DNA from: Ostreococcus lucimarinus
Taxonomy: Eukaryota
Direction: 5' to 3' (one strand)
Assembly (NCBI GenBank): GCA_000092065.1
Contig: CP000597.1
DNA length: 64,000 nucleotides
The notes beneath the pieces were generated by a model. The model made no database searches. It was given only the letters and a program-made list of their open reading frames with translations, and was not told the DNA's origin. The position numbers and the translations under genes were made by a program. Shown here in pieces: positions 27,840-38,200 of the stretch (its first letter is position 1; the number at the start of each line of letters is the position of its first letter).

Positions 27840-29483
27840 TTATCTACTGGTCTCCACTGGGCTCTCCTTCTTTTCACCCGCTTGCGCCGCAGGCATGGTC
27901 ACCTCCTTCGTCGCACTCGCGCCCAAGGCGCCGTCGATGACGCGACGGTACTCGCTCTTCATTTTCACACCGCTCAAGACTTCTATGCGCTCTTTTTGGT
28001 AGAAAATTTGCGTCATAGGCGTCCCAGTCACACCCGCGGCTTCCGCAATTTCAGGATCAGCAGCGATATCTATCTCAACATAGTGCACCTTGTCTCCGTA
28101 CTCCGCGATGACCTTGTCCAACATCGGCTTCAAGCGTCGACATGGGCCGCAAGTGGGCGCCGAGTACATGACCATGACCACGCGGTCTGACTCATGGTAA
28201 AGCTTTCTGAGGGCATACTGACCGTAGTGCTTCGTGACATTGATATCGAATGAGTCTTCATCCTCTCCCTGGATCGCTCGCTCTTCTTCCGAAACAGACT
28301 CCTCTCGTTCGACGCTCTTGCGCTGCTTCGTTTGGTGGTGCTCAACGAGGAGGTTCTTCTCCGTCAAGTAACGCTCGACGGAGATGGCAGCCATGCATCC
28401 GGATCCCGCAGCCGTGATGGCTTGCCGGAACTCTTGATCGTGAAGATCACCGGCCGAGAACACACCCTCAATGGACGTCCTGGTACCCTCTCGCACGACG
28501 ACGTACCCCGCTTCGTCAAGTTCGATTTGGTTGCCAAAAATTTTGCTGTTCGGCGTGTGTCCGATGCCGTAAAACAACCCCTTCACCTTGAGCTGACGCT
28601 CATCTCCGTTATTCGTGTCGCGAAGCTTGAGCGCCCCCAAGTTTCCCTTGCTGTTCGGCGATCCGTCCACGCATTCCGTGTTGTAATGTACGGTGATTGC
28701 CTTGTGTTGAAGCACCCTATCCTGCATAGCCTTGCTGGCGCGCATCGTCGACCCGCGCACGAGTAAGTGCACGTGCTTGGCGTACTTTGTCAAGTACACC
28801 GCTTCTTCCGTGGCGGTGTCACCTCCTCCGACCACCGCGACTTCTTCGCCCTTAAAAATCGGGCTCGCCCCATCGCAAATCGCGCATGCGCTGATCCCTC
28901 GGCTCCACAGCGTCGCCTCGGCGGGAATTCCGAGTCGTTTCGCCGTCGCCCCCGTGGCGACGATCACGCTATTCGCCTTCACCGTTCGATCGGACGACGA
29001 CACCGTGAACGGGCGAGAAGTAAAATCTACCGTCACCACGTCCTCCGTGTGCATCACAGCCCCCCATCGCTCCGCTTGTTTGCGCATCTTGTCCATCAAG
29101 TCGGGCCCCGTCACGCCTTCGGGGAAACCTGGAAAGTTTTCCACCTCTGTCGTCGTCATGAGTTGTCCTCCCGGCACGCCTCCGGCTTGAAACCCCTCAA
29201 ACATCAATGGACGTAAGTTCGCGCGTCCCGCGTAGATCGCGGCGGTGTATCCAGCCGGTCCAGACCCGATGATGACGCAGTTCTCCACGTCCGGGGCGTC
29301 CTCGGTGGCATCTTGCTCTTGCGCGCTCGCCCGCGTCGTCGTCGTCGTCGTCGTCGTCCTCGCGCGTCGCGCGCGCGCGTCGATCGTCGATCGTCGGCAT
29401 CGATTCGCGCGCGCGTGCGATGCTCTCGTCGTCGTCGTCGTCGTCACCTTCACCGCGGCGACGGCGCGCGCGTGCGTCCGCAT
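27840..29483 (-). CDS. NTRC: NADPH-dependent thioredoxin reductase C (thioredoxin reductase fused to a C-terminal thioredoxin domain), plastid-type
   Basis: FAD/NADPH motifs [20 protein letters not shown] and [19 protein letters not shown], redox-active CAICDG, then a Trx domain with [11 protein letters not shown] (WCGPC-type). T/R/A-rich N-terminal leader. Start at ATG 29483 (track start 29594 is GTG). Confidence 0.85.
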   Translation of the reverse strand: MRTHARAVAAVKVTTTTTTRASHARANRCRRSTIDARARRARTTTTTTTTRASAQEQDATEDAPDVENCVIIGSGPAGYTAAIYAGRANLRPLMFEGFQAGGVPGGQLMTTTEVENFPGFPEGVTGPDLMDKMRKQAERWGAVMHTEDVVTVDFTSRPFTVSSSDRTVKANSVIVATGATAKRLGIPAEATLWSRGISACAICDGASPIFKGEEVAVVGGGDTATEEAVYLTKYAKHVHLLVRGSTMRASKAMQDRVLQHKAITVHYNTECVDGSPNSKGNLGALKLRDTNNGDERQLKVKGLFYGIGHTPNSKIFGNQIELDEAGYVVVREGTRTSIEGVFSAGDLHDQEFRQAITAAGSGCMAAISVERYLTEKNLLVEHHQTKQRKSVEREESVSEEERAIQGEDEDSFDINVTKHYGQYALRKLYHESDRVVMVMYSAPTCGPCRRLKPMLDKVIAEYGDKVHYVEIDIAADPEIAEAAGVTGTPMTQIFYQKERIEVLSGVKMKSEYRRVIDGALGASATKEVTMPAAQAGEKKESPVETSR

Positions 29484-29944
29484 CGAAATCGCTCGCGCGT
29501 GCTCCACCGCGCGTCGAAGTCGCGGATAATACACGCGCCCGGACCGCCGCGCGAGGGCGCGCCGGGCGCGGTCGGTCGCGGTCGGTCGCGTCACTCACAT
29601 GGCGTTCGAAACACGCGAAATGCGTCCTCGCGGGACGCGATCGGGCAAAAAACGTCCCGAAAAGTAAAAAAAACCATCGCGACCCGCGCGCCGGGGCGTT
29701 CGAACAGTCGAGCGCGCGCGTCCGTCTGTCAAGCTGTCGGTCCTTTCGTCCTGTCCTTTCGTCCTGTCCGTCCCGAGGCCGATGCGCGACGCGGCGGAGC
29801 TGACGGACATCGAACCAGACGACGCGACGGTGGATCCGAGGGCGAAAATTAACTACGACGTGCGCGAGCGATGCGCGCGACGCCCGACCCGCGTCTCGAG
29901 ACGACCGGGCCGACGACTGCACCGTTCAGTCCGACGAGTGAACC

Positions 29945-32082
29945 GTGCGGACGACGGACGAGGGACGACGGAGACTGACCGAACGCGCGCGACGACAGGA
30001 TTGTAACGTCGGTGACTACGTCATCATCAAGGGCGAAAACGAGGACGGGGAAGAGGAGGATTGGTTCGGACAGGCGCGCGACGACAAAGCGCCGCGAGAC
30101 GCGATTGACGCTCTCGAGACGCGAGCGAGAGAGACTGACGGCGATCCTCGTGCGTGCGCGCAGATAAAAGCGAAGGTTGCGCAAAACGAACTCGCCACGG
30201 TGAAATTTCTGCAAAAATGCGAAAATTTAGAAGAATTCATCGATGAGGTGCGTCCGCGAACCGCGCCGGCGAGGCGACTTGAATATTTTCGCATCGACGG
30301 GCTTTGAGCGCGCGCTGACTGACGATTGATTTCACGCGAGCAGTTTCCCGACGCGGAGGAGAGCGATATCACTGACATGTATCAGTGGTGGCAAGGTTAC
30401 GGGACAGAAAACGTCTCACCGGATACCTTCAAGGAGTTGGGTCCCAATATTTTCCACAGGGTACGAACGCCTCGGCGTTTCGAGTGGTCGCGGTCGCGAG
30501 CGCGATCAGACGCGCGATTTACTGACGGATTGCTCGCGCTCAAACAGGCGAGACGATCAGGTTTGGGTGACACGGGCAAGAAGCGGTACTTTTGTCGAGC
30601 TTCCACGTGCATGGGCCGTTGCAATGTGGAAGCCGGACTGAAGCGAAAGGCGCCGGCGACGGCGACTGTGAAGCTAGAGGTTGACGTGGACCTGGAGCCG
30701 AAGAAGAAAGTTAGCGATCTGCTACTCATTCCAAAAGACGCTGTCGAGTGGGAGCCGAACGTTATGGCCGAGTGTCGCTCGACTGACGTCGACAATTACC
30801 CGTTCGAATACGCTACCATGGTACGTACGTCAACGATGCGACGCGACGATCGCCCAAAGCCCCGACTGACATCGTCCACTTTTTACAGCGAGAGCAAGCG
30901 GGAGAAACAGAGAAACATCCGAGAGATTTGAAATCTGCGTGCTACTGCCATGGGATTCGAGGCCTGCGCAAAGTACGTAAGTCAGACGTTACGTGTCCAA
31001 TTATTTAATTATTCCATTAGGATCACACCGATGACGTGCACGCGCTTCACGGCGGTGTTTGTCCAGCTCTCGCTATTCTGGTGCGTATAATTAATTCATC
31101 AACGCACACATCTAGTTTTGCTTACGAAATCTATCGCAGCGCGGTATGGTGATCCATTTGTTTTATGTGAAAGAGGTGCCAAATAAAGGCTACGGAATTT
31201 TCGCCCGAGAACGCATTTCGAAGGGTGCTTACCTCTTCGAATACGTCGGGTAAGCGTGTTCGACGATGTTGTTCATCAATCGTGACTTTTATTGCGGTTA
31301 GGGAGATCATCACGCGTGCGGAAGCGAGCAGACGGGAAGAACAGTACATGGCGAACGGGTACGAATTAATTATTATTTCGACGATGAGAGTAAAAATACT
31401 GACTGCACGCTCGACTTTCTCGAATTCACAGCCAATTTTTTCTCGTCGACATTCAAGGTACGAAGTGAAACGATATGCGTGCTATGCGATGCGCAAACAA
31501 CGCGGGAGATTGAAAGAATTAATTATTAATTGACGGTATATTTTTTTTCGAACAGGGCAAAGAAATTCTCCGTCGTACATGGCATACACGATGGATATGA
31601 CCCGCAAGGGCAATTTAGCGCGTATGCTCAATCACGGCTGCACGCCGAACGTTCGGCTGGTCGAGGCACGGGTTGATGAAGCACTTTTGTCGGTGCGTCT
31701 CCACCTCGGATTAATTAATCGCTGGGCTTGAATTAAATTATTTCACTTTGCAGGGCGTTCAGTCAAAGTTCAGGTCTGCGTCGCGGATGTGTTGCATAGC
31801 GATAGAGGACATCGAGGTACGCGCGATCGAAGCGTCATTTCGCTACTCAAGCGCACGTTACCTTATAGTGGACGATTAATTGCGTTTTATTTTATTTCCG
31901 ACATTGCAGGTGGGCGAGGAACTTTGCATAGACTACGTCCCTGTGAAGAAAGGTGGCAGCATGCGCAAGACTGTTCAATGCGACTGCGGTTCCAGCGACT
32001 GCAGAGTACGTTCCGCGCGTGTGTTCGCCTTTTGTCACTCGAAACTAATTTCGTCGTTTGCAGGGTTGGATTTTCTGACCGG
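29945..32082 (+). CDS. SET2/ASH1-class SET-domain histone-lysine methyltransferase gene with AWS-like and post-SET Cys motifs, about 12 exons / 11 short introns; 5' start uncertain
   Basis: Hand-spliced exons give in-frame GMVIHLFYVKEVPNKGYGIFARERISKGAYLFEYVG|EIITRAEASRREEQYMANG|QFFLVDIQ|GQRNSPSYMAYTMDMTRKGNLARMLNHGCTPNVRLVEARVDEALLS|GVQSKFRSASRMCCIAIEDIE|VGEELCIDYVPVKKGGSMRKTVQCDCGSSDCR|GWIF*, i.e. the SET core (GWG, NH.C.PN, GEEL..DY) plus a post-SET CxCxxxxC; unspliced reading hits stops. Every intron has a GT(A/G)(C/A)G donor, a CTGAC-like branch and an AG acceptor. Upstream exons (CNVGDYVIIKGENEDGEEEDWFGQ...; ACYCHGIRGLRK) join in frame. Confidence 0.7.
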
Positions 32083-32352
32083 TTCACGGTTCACATGCTG
32101 CAGCGACGACAAGCCCGACGCGAGCGTTCGGGTGCCTTCGGGGGCTTTGACGGTCAAGTAGGAAAGAATATTGAATTTTTGTGAAATGCACGCGATTTAG
32201 TCCCGTAATATTCCTTCCACTGCGTCGAAAGCTCGATTCACGCGTGCGTGCGCACGCGTGCTGAGTTCCGTCCTCCGGACGGTGACCTCGTGCCGCACTC
32301 CCACCCTCGGCTGAACGCGAGTAAACTCGACTTCGAGGCGCGGTCACGCGAT

Positions 32353-32890
32353 ATGGACGAGTCAACAGCACGCGCGGAACGTTTACGAGCGATGCGCGAG
32401 GCCGCGTCGAGCGCGAACGCCGACGCACAGGCGAATGCGAACGCACCTTCGAGTACGCTTCCAGCGCCCTTCGTCGACCTCGGGGACGGCGACGATCGTA
32501 CGCCGGGGTTTTACACAGGTGCCGGAGCGTCGAGTATGGATATGAGTGATATTCCTGCGGAATCCACGCGTGCGCCACGCGCTCCACCACCTCCACCACC
32601 TCCGCCGCGTTGGCTAGGGGAACAGAATCAGCGCTTCGGCGGCGGCGGAGGTCGAGGCGGGGGCGGACGAGGCGGCGGACGAGGCGGCGGGCGAGGCGGG
32701 GGATCCCGAGGGCACAAAGCCGCACGTACGGGCGATTATCGCTCTGAAAACACATTCAATCCAGCGAATTATTACAAGGTACGTGCCTCGCGCCAATTTG
32801 CTGTACGCGTGCGCGACTGACGCTCGTTCGTTTCCTCTGGCGCAGCCAACGATGTGCGTCGATCCTTGGCTCACCCTCGAGCGCACCTGA
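32353..32890 (+). CDS. RGG/GAR-box protein, two exons (32353..32778 and 32846..32890; intron 32779..32845)
   Basis: (GGGRGG)n RGG box and a poly-Pro tract. The intron GTACGTGCC...CGACTGAC...CTGGCGCAG is canonical and splicing adds the C-terminus PTMCVDPWLTLERT in frame (stop TGA 32888-32890, frame checked by hand). Confidence 0.55.
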
Positions 32891-33045
32891 TCGCGTTCAT
32901 GATCGATTCTATTGATTGTTTCTAGCTCATTCCTTAGCCATTAATAGCTCGCGTGTAAGACTCAATAGCTGAGTGTGCTTTGTCCAACCGCCGACGCCGA
33001 GAGCGTCAGACGTCGGTGCGCGGCGGTCACCGACTTGAAGTCCCG

Positions 33046-34182
33046 ATGAGCGTCGACGGTGACGACGAGCCCGTGATAGATATGAATGACGCCATGCATC
33101 GCGCCGTGGCGCTCAAGGCCGAGCGATTGCGACGCACGCGAGCGTCGTACGAGGCCGCACCGGTGTTCGTTCGGGACACGCTCGCGACGGATCGAGACGA
33201 AAACTACGTCGAATTGCGAAAGAAACCGCTGGCGGCACGCTTGACGTTTGCCAACAAACTTCTCGATGATGCCAAAGCGTTGGTGCGAGAGGAAGCCCAC
33301 GAGGACGCGCTGGAGGCGTACACAGACGCCTTGGCGGCGTTTTGTCACTTTGAGCGACCGAGCGGGACAGAGAGCACAGAGACGTTGACGTACGTAGATT
33401 ATCTCGAAGACGACGAACGTCAAAGCGAAGGCGTAGAAATGGTGAAACGAATCATGCTTAACGCATCGGCGTGCTTGATGAACATCGATCTGAGGAAGCA
33501 TGCGAAGGCGGTAGAATGGGCGACGACGCGAGCGTTGCGCGCTGACGCCGCGTGCGCCGCCGCATACTACAGAAGAGGACGAGCCAGGACCATGATGACG
33601 GAAGAAGGGACTGTAGAGCAGGCGTTGGATGATTTTAAACGCGCCGTGGATCTCGATCCGGGCGAGAAGCGGTATGTGCGAGCGTTAGCGGAGCACAGTA
33701 GAGAAGTTATGAAGACGACTGAGGTGCAACGAGCCGTCTTCGGAAAGATGTTTTCCGGCGCAAGCGCTATCTACGCCGACGACAAGGCGACAACCGTCGC
33801 AAAATCCACTGTCGACGAGGAGGTCGAACGCGTGCTTCTAGACGAAAGCTTGCTCGTGAAGGCTCAGGAGATGGGTTTCAATGTCGACGCCGACGATTTC
33901 CGTCGAGAACTCGCTTCCCGAGTCCGCGACGAAGTGCACGACAGTCGACGCGAGCGGGCGAAAGAGCTCGGTTTAAATCTTGATGATGATGATGTCAAGC
34001 GCGCGATCGAGTATTTCGAGCGCTCGCGTCGCGGTGGTGATTCGGATGCGAGCTCACGAACTTTTGCGCGCTTCGTTGCTCGCGCTCTCATCGTCCTCGT
34101 CGTCGCTCGCGTCGTGTACGTCGTCCACAAGATTGCGACGAGCCCTATCGATTCCCTCGATGTGCGCGGGGTGATGGATTGA
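33046..34182 (+). CDS. Tail-anchored TPR-repeat protein (TPR domain plus C-terminal transmembrane anchor), Tom20/OEP61-like topology
   Basis: Helical TPR-like repeats (ALEAYTDALAAF..., AYYRRGRARTMM...ALDDFKRAVDLDP) and C-terminal TM ARALIVLVVARVVYVVHKIA; start at ATG 33046 (track start is TTG). Confidence 0.5.
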   Translation: MSVDGDDEPVIDMNDAMHRAVALKAERLRRTRASYEAAPVFVRDTLATDRDENYVELRKKPLAARLTFANKLLDDAKALVREEAHEDALEAYTDALAAFCHFERPSGTESTETLTYVDYLEDDERQSEGVEMVKRIMLNASACLMNIDLRKHAKAVEWATTRALRADAACAAAYYRRGRARTMMTEEGTVEQALDDFKRAVDLDPGEKRYVRALAEHSREVMKTTEVQRAVFGKMFSGASAIYADDKATTVAKSTVDEEVERVLLDESLLVKAQEMGFNVDADDFRRELASRVRDEVHDSRRERAKELGLNLDDDDVKRAIEYFERSRRGGDSDASSRTFARFVARALIVLVVARVVYVVHKIATSPIDSLDVRGVMD

Positions 34183-34302
34183 TTCCGCAGAACACGACTA
34201 GAAATTTTAGTTATTTAGTTTTAGTTGCCGCGCTCGCGAGCGCTCCGGCGCTCCTCCGCGCCTCACTCCTCGGCGCCGCACCGGGAGTCCTCGCCGTGTT
34301 CG

Positions 34303-35031
34303 ATGTCGCTCGCCTCGTGCGCCGCGAGCTCGAACGGCGCGAACCGCGACGCGAAGCGCGATCGCGATCGAGCGCGTCCGCGTCGATCGAACAAGGTCAA
34401 GACCAGACGCGTGTCCCAACACACCGACGTGGCGTTCGTGGAACCGACGCTTTCGAAGCCGCTTTCGAGGCCCGCGCCGTCGTGCGACGCGGCGTCGCTC
34501 CCGGGATTGATCGTGTACGATTTGGACGACACGATATGGTTCCCCGAGCTGTACATGATCGCCGGCGCACCGTTCGTCAAGACGTCAAAGTCCACCGTCG
34601 TGGACAGCGGGGGCGCGCGCTTGGGCTGTTATCCAGCGGCGCTCGCTTCCGTGGCGCTCGCGAAGTCGTGCGGTGCGTTTCGCGAGCGAGGCACGCTGAT
34701 CGCCGTCGCTTCGCGAACGCACAGGGGTAAATGGGCGCGCGAGCTCATGGATGCGTTCGAAGTGCGCGACGGCGACGACGACGCTCGCACGCTCGCCGCG
34801 TGCGTCGATTTCGTCGACATCGCCAGCGGTTCCAAGACGAAACATTTCGCGCGTTTACGCGAAAAATCCGGCGTTCCCTACGCCGAAATGTTATTCTTCG
34901 ATAACGAGCGCGAGAACATCGACGAGGTCGCTCGTCTCGGCGTCGCTTGCGTGCACTGTCCCGGCGGCTTGTCCGCGGACGCCTGGCGGCGCGGCTTGAC
35001 TTTCTTCGTCGACGACGTCGTCGATCCGTAG
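34303..35031 (+). CDS. MDP1: Magnesium-dependent phosphatase-1 (MDP-1), HAD superfamily
   Basis: LIVYDLDDTIWFPELYM matches the MDP-1 DxDxT motif (VVFDLDYTLWP); later GVPYAEMLFFDNERENIDEV matches HAD motif III/IV; start at ATG 34303. Confidence 0.65.
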   Translation: MSLASCAASSNGANRDAKRDRDRARPRRSNKVKTRRVSQHTDVAFVEPTLSKPLSRPAPSCDAASLPGLIVYDLDDTIWFPELYMIAGAPFVKTSKSTVVDSGGARLGCYPAALASVALAKSCGAFRERGTLIAVASRTHRGKWARELMDAFEVRDGDDDARTLAACVDFVDIASGSKTKHFARLREKSGVPYAEMLFFDNERENIDEVARLGVACVHCPGGLSADAWRRGLTFFVDDVVDP

Positions 35032-35210
35032 CGCCGCGCGCGTCCAGGGCTCGTTTATTGTATCACTGCGTAATATAATCTTTATCGTCACAGTTCCACG
35101 CGCGAGCGACGACCGATCGAGCGAGGACGACTCGGCGAACTCCGGGACGCCGCGCGGCGGGCGCGAATGAGCCGCGGCCGTTTGTCGATTCCACACACGT
35201 CGTCGTCGTC

Positions 35211-38200
35211 ATGATGAAGCTGTTCAACAGGGCGAAGTCGCGCGTCGGCGCGCGGAACGCGAGCGACGACGCGTCCGAGAGGCCTCGTCGCGCGCGCGGG
35301 CGCGCGGGCGCGCGCGGGCGCGACGGCGGTGGATTCGCCGACGACGGTGGTGGTGTTGATGATGATTACTTTAGCGACGATTCAGGGCTGCTGCGCGGAC
35401 GCGATGCGAACGATGAGGATGATTTCGCGCGATTCGATGAACATGGCTTCGATAACGACGAAGTCCTGGCGATGGTGAGAGAGTCGTACGGACGAAGAAC
35501 GTTCGCGGCGGAGAGCGGCGTGGTCAAGCTCGCGAGCGAGGGGTTCTTGGCGAGAAAGGCGTGCGGGGACGATTTACACCCTCCCACGGCGCACGCGACG
35601 GCGTTTAACGCGCATAATGCGCCTGACAATGATTTACAGCTCGATTTTGCGTATGGGTATCGAGGACACGACGCGCGAGGGAACGGGGCGTACAACGCGG
35701 ATGGGAAAATCGTATACACGACGGCGGCGTGCGGAGTGGTGTACGACGGGGTTGAACACGTGCAGGACTTCTTCACGTTCCACAGCGATGACATCTTGTG
35801 CTTGGCGATGCATCCAGATGGAGAAATAGCGGCCACGGGGCAGGCTGGTCGAGATCCCGTGGTGTGCGTGTGGAGCACGAAGACGAATCGAGTCTTGGCC
35901 GAGTTGAGGGGATTTCATCAACGCGCGGTGACGAGCTTAAGTTTCGATGCGACGGGAAAATTTCTCGTCACTGTTGGCTTGGACGACGAGCATTCTATTG
36001 CTGTGTACGATTGGGAAAACAAGAAAGTCCTCGCCAACTCTAAAGGCGACACGAAGAGAATTTTCAATTGCAAGTACAATCCACACGACGGACGCATCGT
36101 CACCGTTGGCGAACAGCACGTGAAGTTTTGGGTAATGGAAAATGGCTATCTTGTCGGTAAAAACGGCGTTTTTGGGCGCTTGGGGAAGCCATCGACTGTT
36201 TTATCCATCGCATTTGGCGAGGACGGGAGCACATTTACTGGAATGCAGCACGGTACCATCTACCAGTGGGCCGACGGTGGAGAGGAGTGCATACAGAAAT
36301 TTGACTTTGTTCACGAGGGGCCGGTGCACGATATCTTCGTCACTGAAGATTACATCATTACCGGTGGGAATGATGGTAAAGTGAACTTTTTCACCCAGTA
36401 CATGGAAAAAGTCTTCGCGATTGACATGAGCAAGGTGGCGGAGAGTATCATAGACGATCAAGGCAAGCCGGTGTGTTATTACGACGGACGCGCGCCGTGT
36501 GTCAAATCATTGTACTTATCCGACGTGCAGCTCTTAGTCGGCACGTCCACGGGTGAACTTTATGAGTTTGATCTTAGCACAGAAGATGCGTGGAAAAGGA
36601 ACAGGCGAATCATCACTCAAGGTCATGCCAACGCTGTCGATCGTACGACAATGTTGTTTAATGCGGAACTTTGGGGGTTGGCCTGCCACCCATCCAAAGC
36701 TAAATTTATCACCGCTGGCGATGATAAAACAGTGCGAACGTATGACATGTATCTCCGAAGACAGATTAGCGTGAGAAATGTCGCGAGTCGAGCGCGCTCT
36801 TGCTCGTATAGCCCCGATGGTAAATTGATCGCCGTCGGTTTCTATGGTGGAGGTTTCATGGTTTACGAAGACAAAACTGGGACAGAAGTCGTGGCGAAGA
36901 AGCACCGTCGCGCGATAATTAGCGACGTGAAGTTTAGTCCTGACGGTCGATGGCTCGCTGTGGCAAGTCATGACTTTTTTATCGACATCTACGATGCTTC
37001 CAGCGGTTTCAAGCGCGCCGGTGTGTGCAAAGGACACAGCGCCCCGGTGACGCACTTGGACTGGAGTGAAGATAGTAAGTATCTTCAAACGAACTCGCAA
37101 GATTTCGAGTTGCTTTACTGGGAAATCCCAACATGCGAATTGATTGAGTTTTCAGCGGCGCTGAAAGACGTGAACTGGGCAACATGGACGTGCATCGCGG
37201 GGTGGCCCGTGCAAGGCATTTGGCCAAAGCACAGCGATGGCACTGACGTCAATAGCTGCGCGCGAAGTAGCGACAAAAGAACCGTCGCCACGGCGAACGA
37301 AGACGGTATTGTGCGTTTGTTTAGATATCCATGCGACGTCGGACGAGGTGATCACAAGACGTACGTCGGTCACAGCTTCCACATCACTAAATGTTGCTTC
37401 AGTTACAACGATGAATTCCTCATTACAGTCGGAGGCGAGGATCGTACCATATTGCAATGGCGACATTACGAGCCCGATGAGGGGGATGAAGAGATGACAA
37501 GCGATGTTGAGGAAGAGATTTTCACCGCTGTAGATGATTACGAAGAGACGAATCAATCGAATGCACTGACACCAATGGTTTTCATCGGTCACTTGCGAGG
37601 TATTCCTCAGTACGTTTCGGCCAATGTTCTGCAAGCCTTGCCGTCGAGAGATATTCCAGCGAATACGGGACTCGATCCGGGAAGTCGATTGGCATTTCTG
37701 CCCTGCGCTTCGAGTATTTACGCTCCGGATGATTATACGAGAGACTCGGATATTCTCAAGGCCCCGATGGAGTCCGTCTTGCTTGAGTGCGCGCACGGCT
37801 ATCGCGCGCACGACTCGAGGAATAATTTGTTCTACACCACGCTCGGCGATGTCGTGTACCCCACGGCTGGATTATGCGTCGTGTATAACAGACAAGCGCA
37901 CACACAAATCTTCATGGCGACGAATCCCGCGGCGGAGCAAATTCAAGGCCATACTGATGATGTTACGTGCTTGGCGAGGCATCCGAATGGGCTCGTCTTC
38001 GCGAGTGGAGAAGCTGGGAGAAATCCCAAAATCATTGTGTGGAGTGCGAACGCCGTGTCGCGACCTATCACTGTCATTCAAGGCTACTTCAAAAAAGCCA
38101 TCGTATCAGCGACATTTTCGCGCGATGGCTCACAATTGGCCGCCGTCGATTGCGATTTCGATCACAAGATTGGTGTATACAACTGGCAAACAGGTGAACT

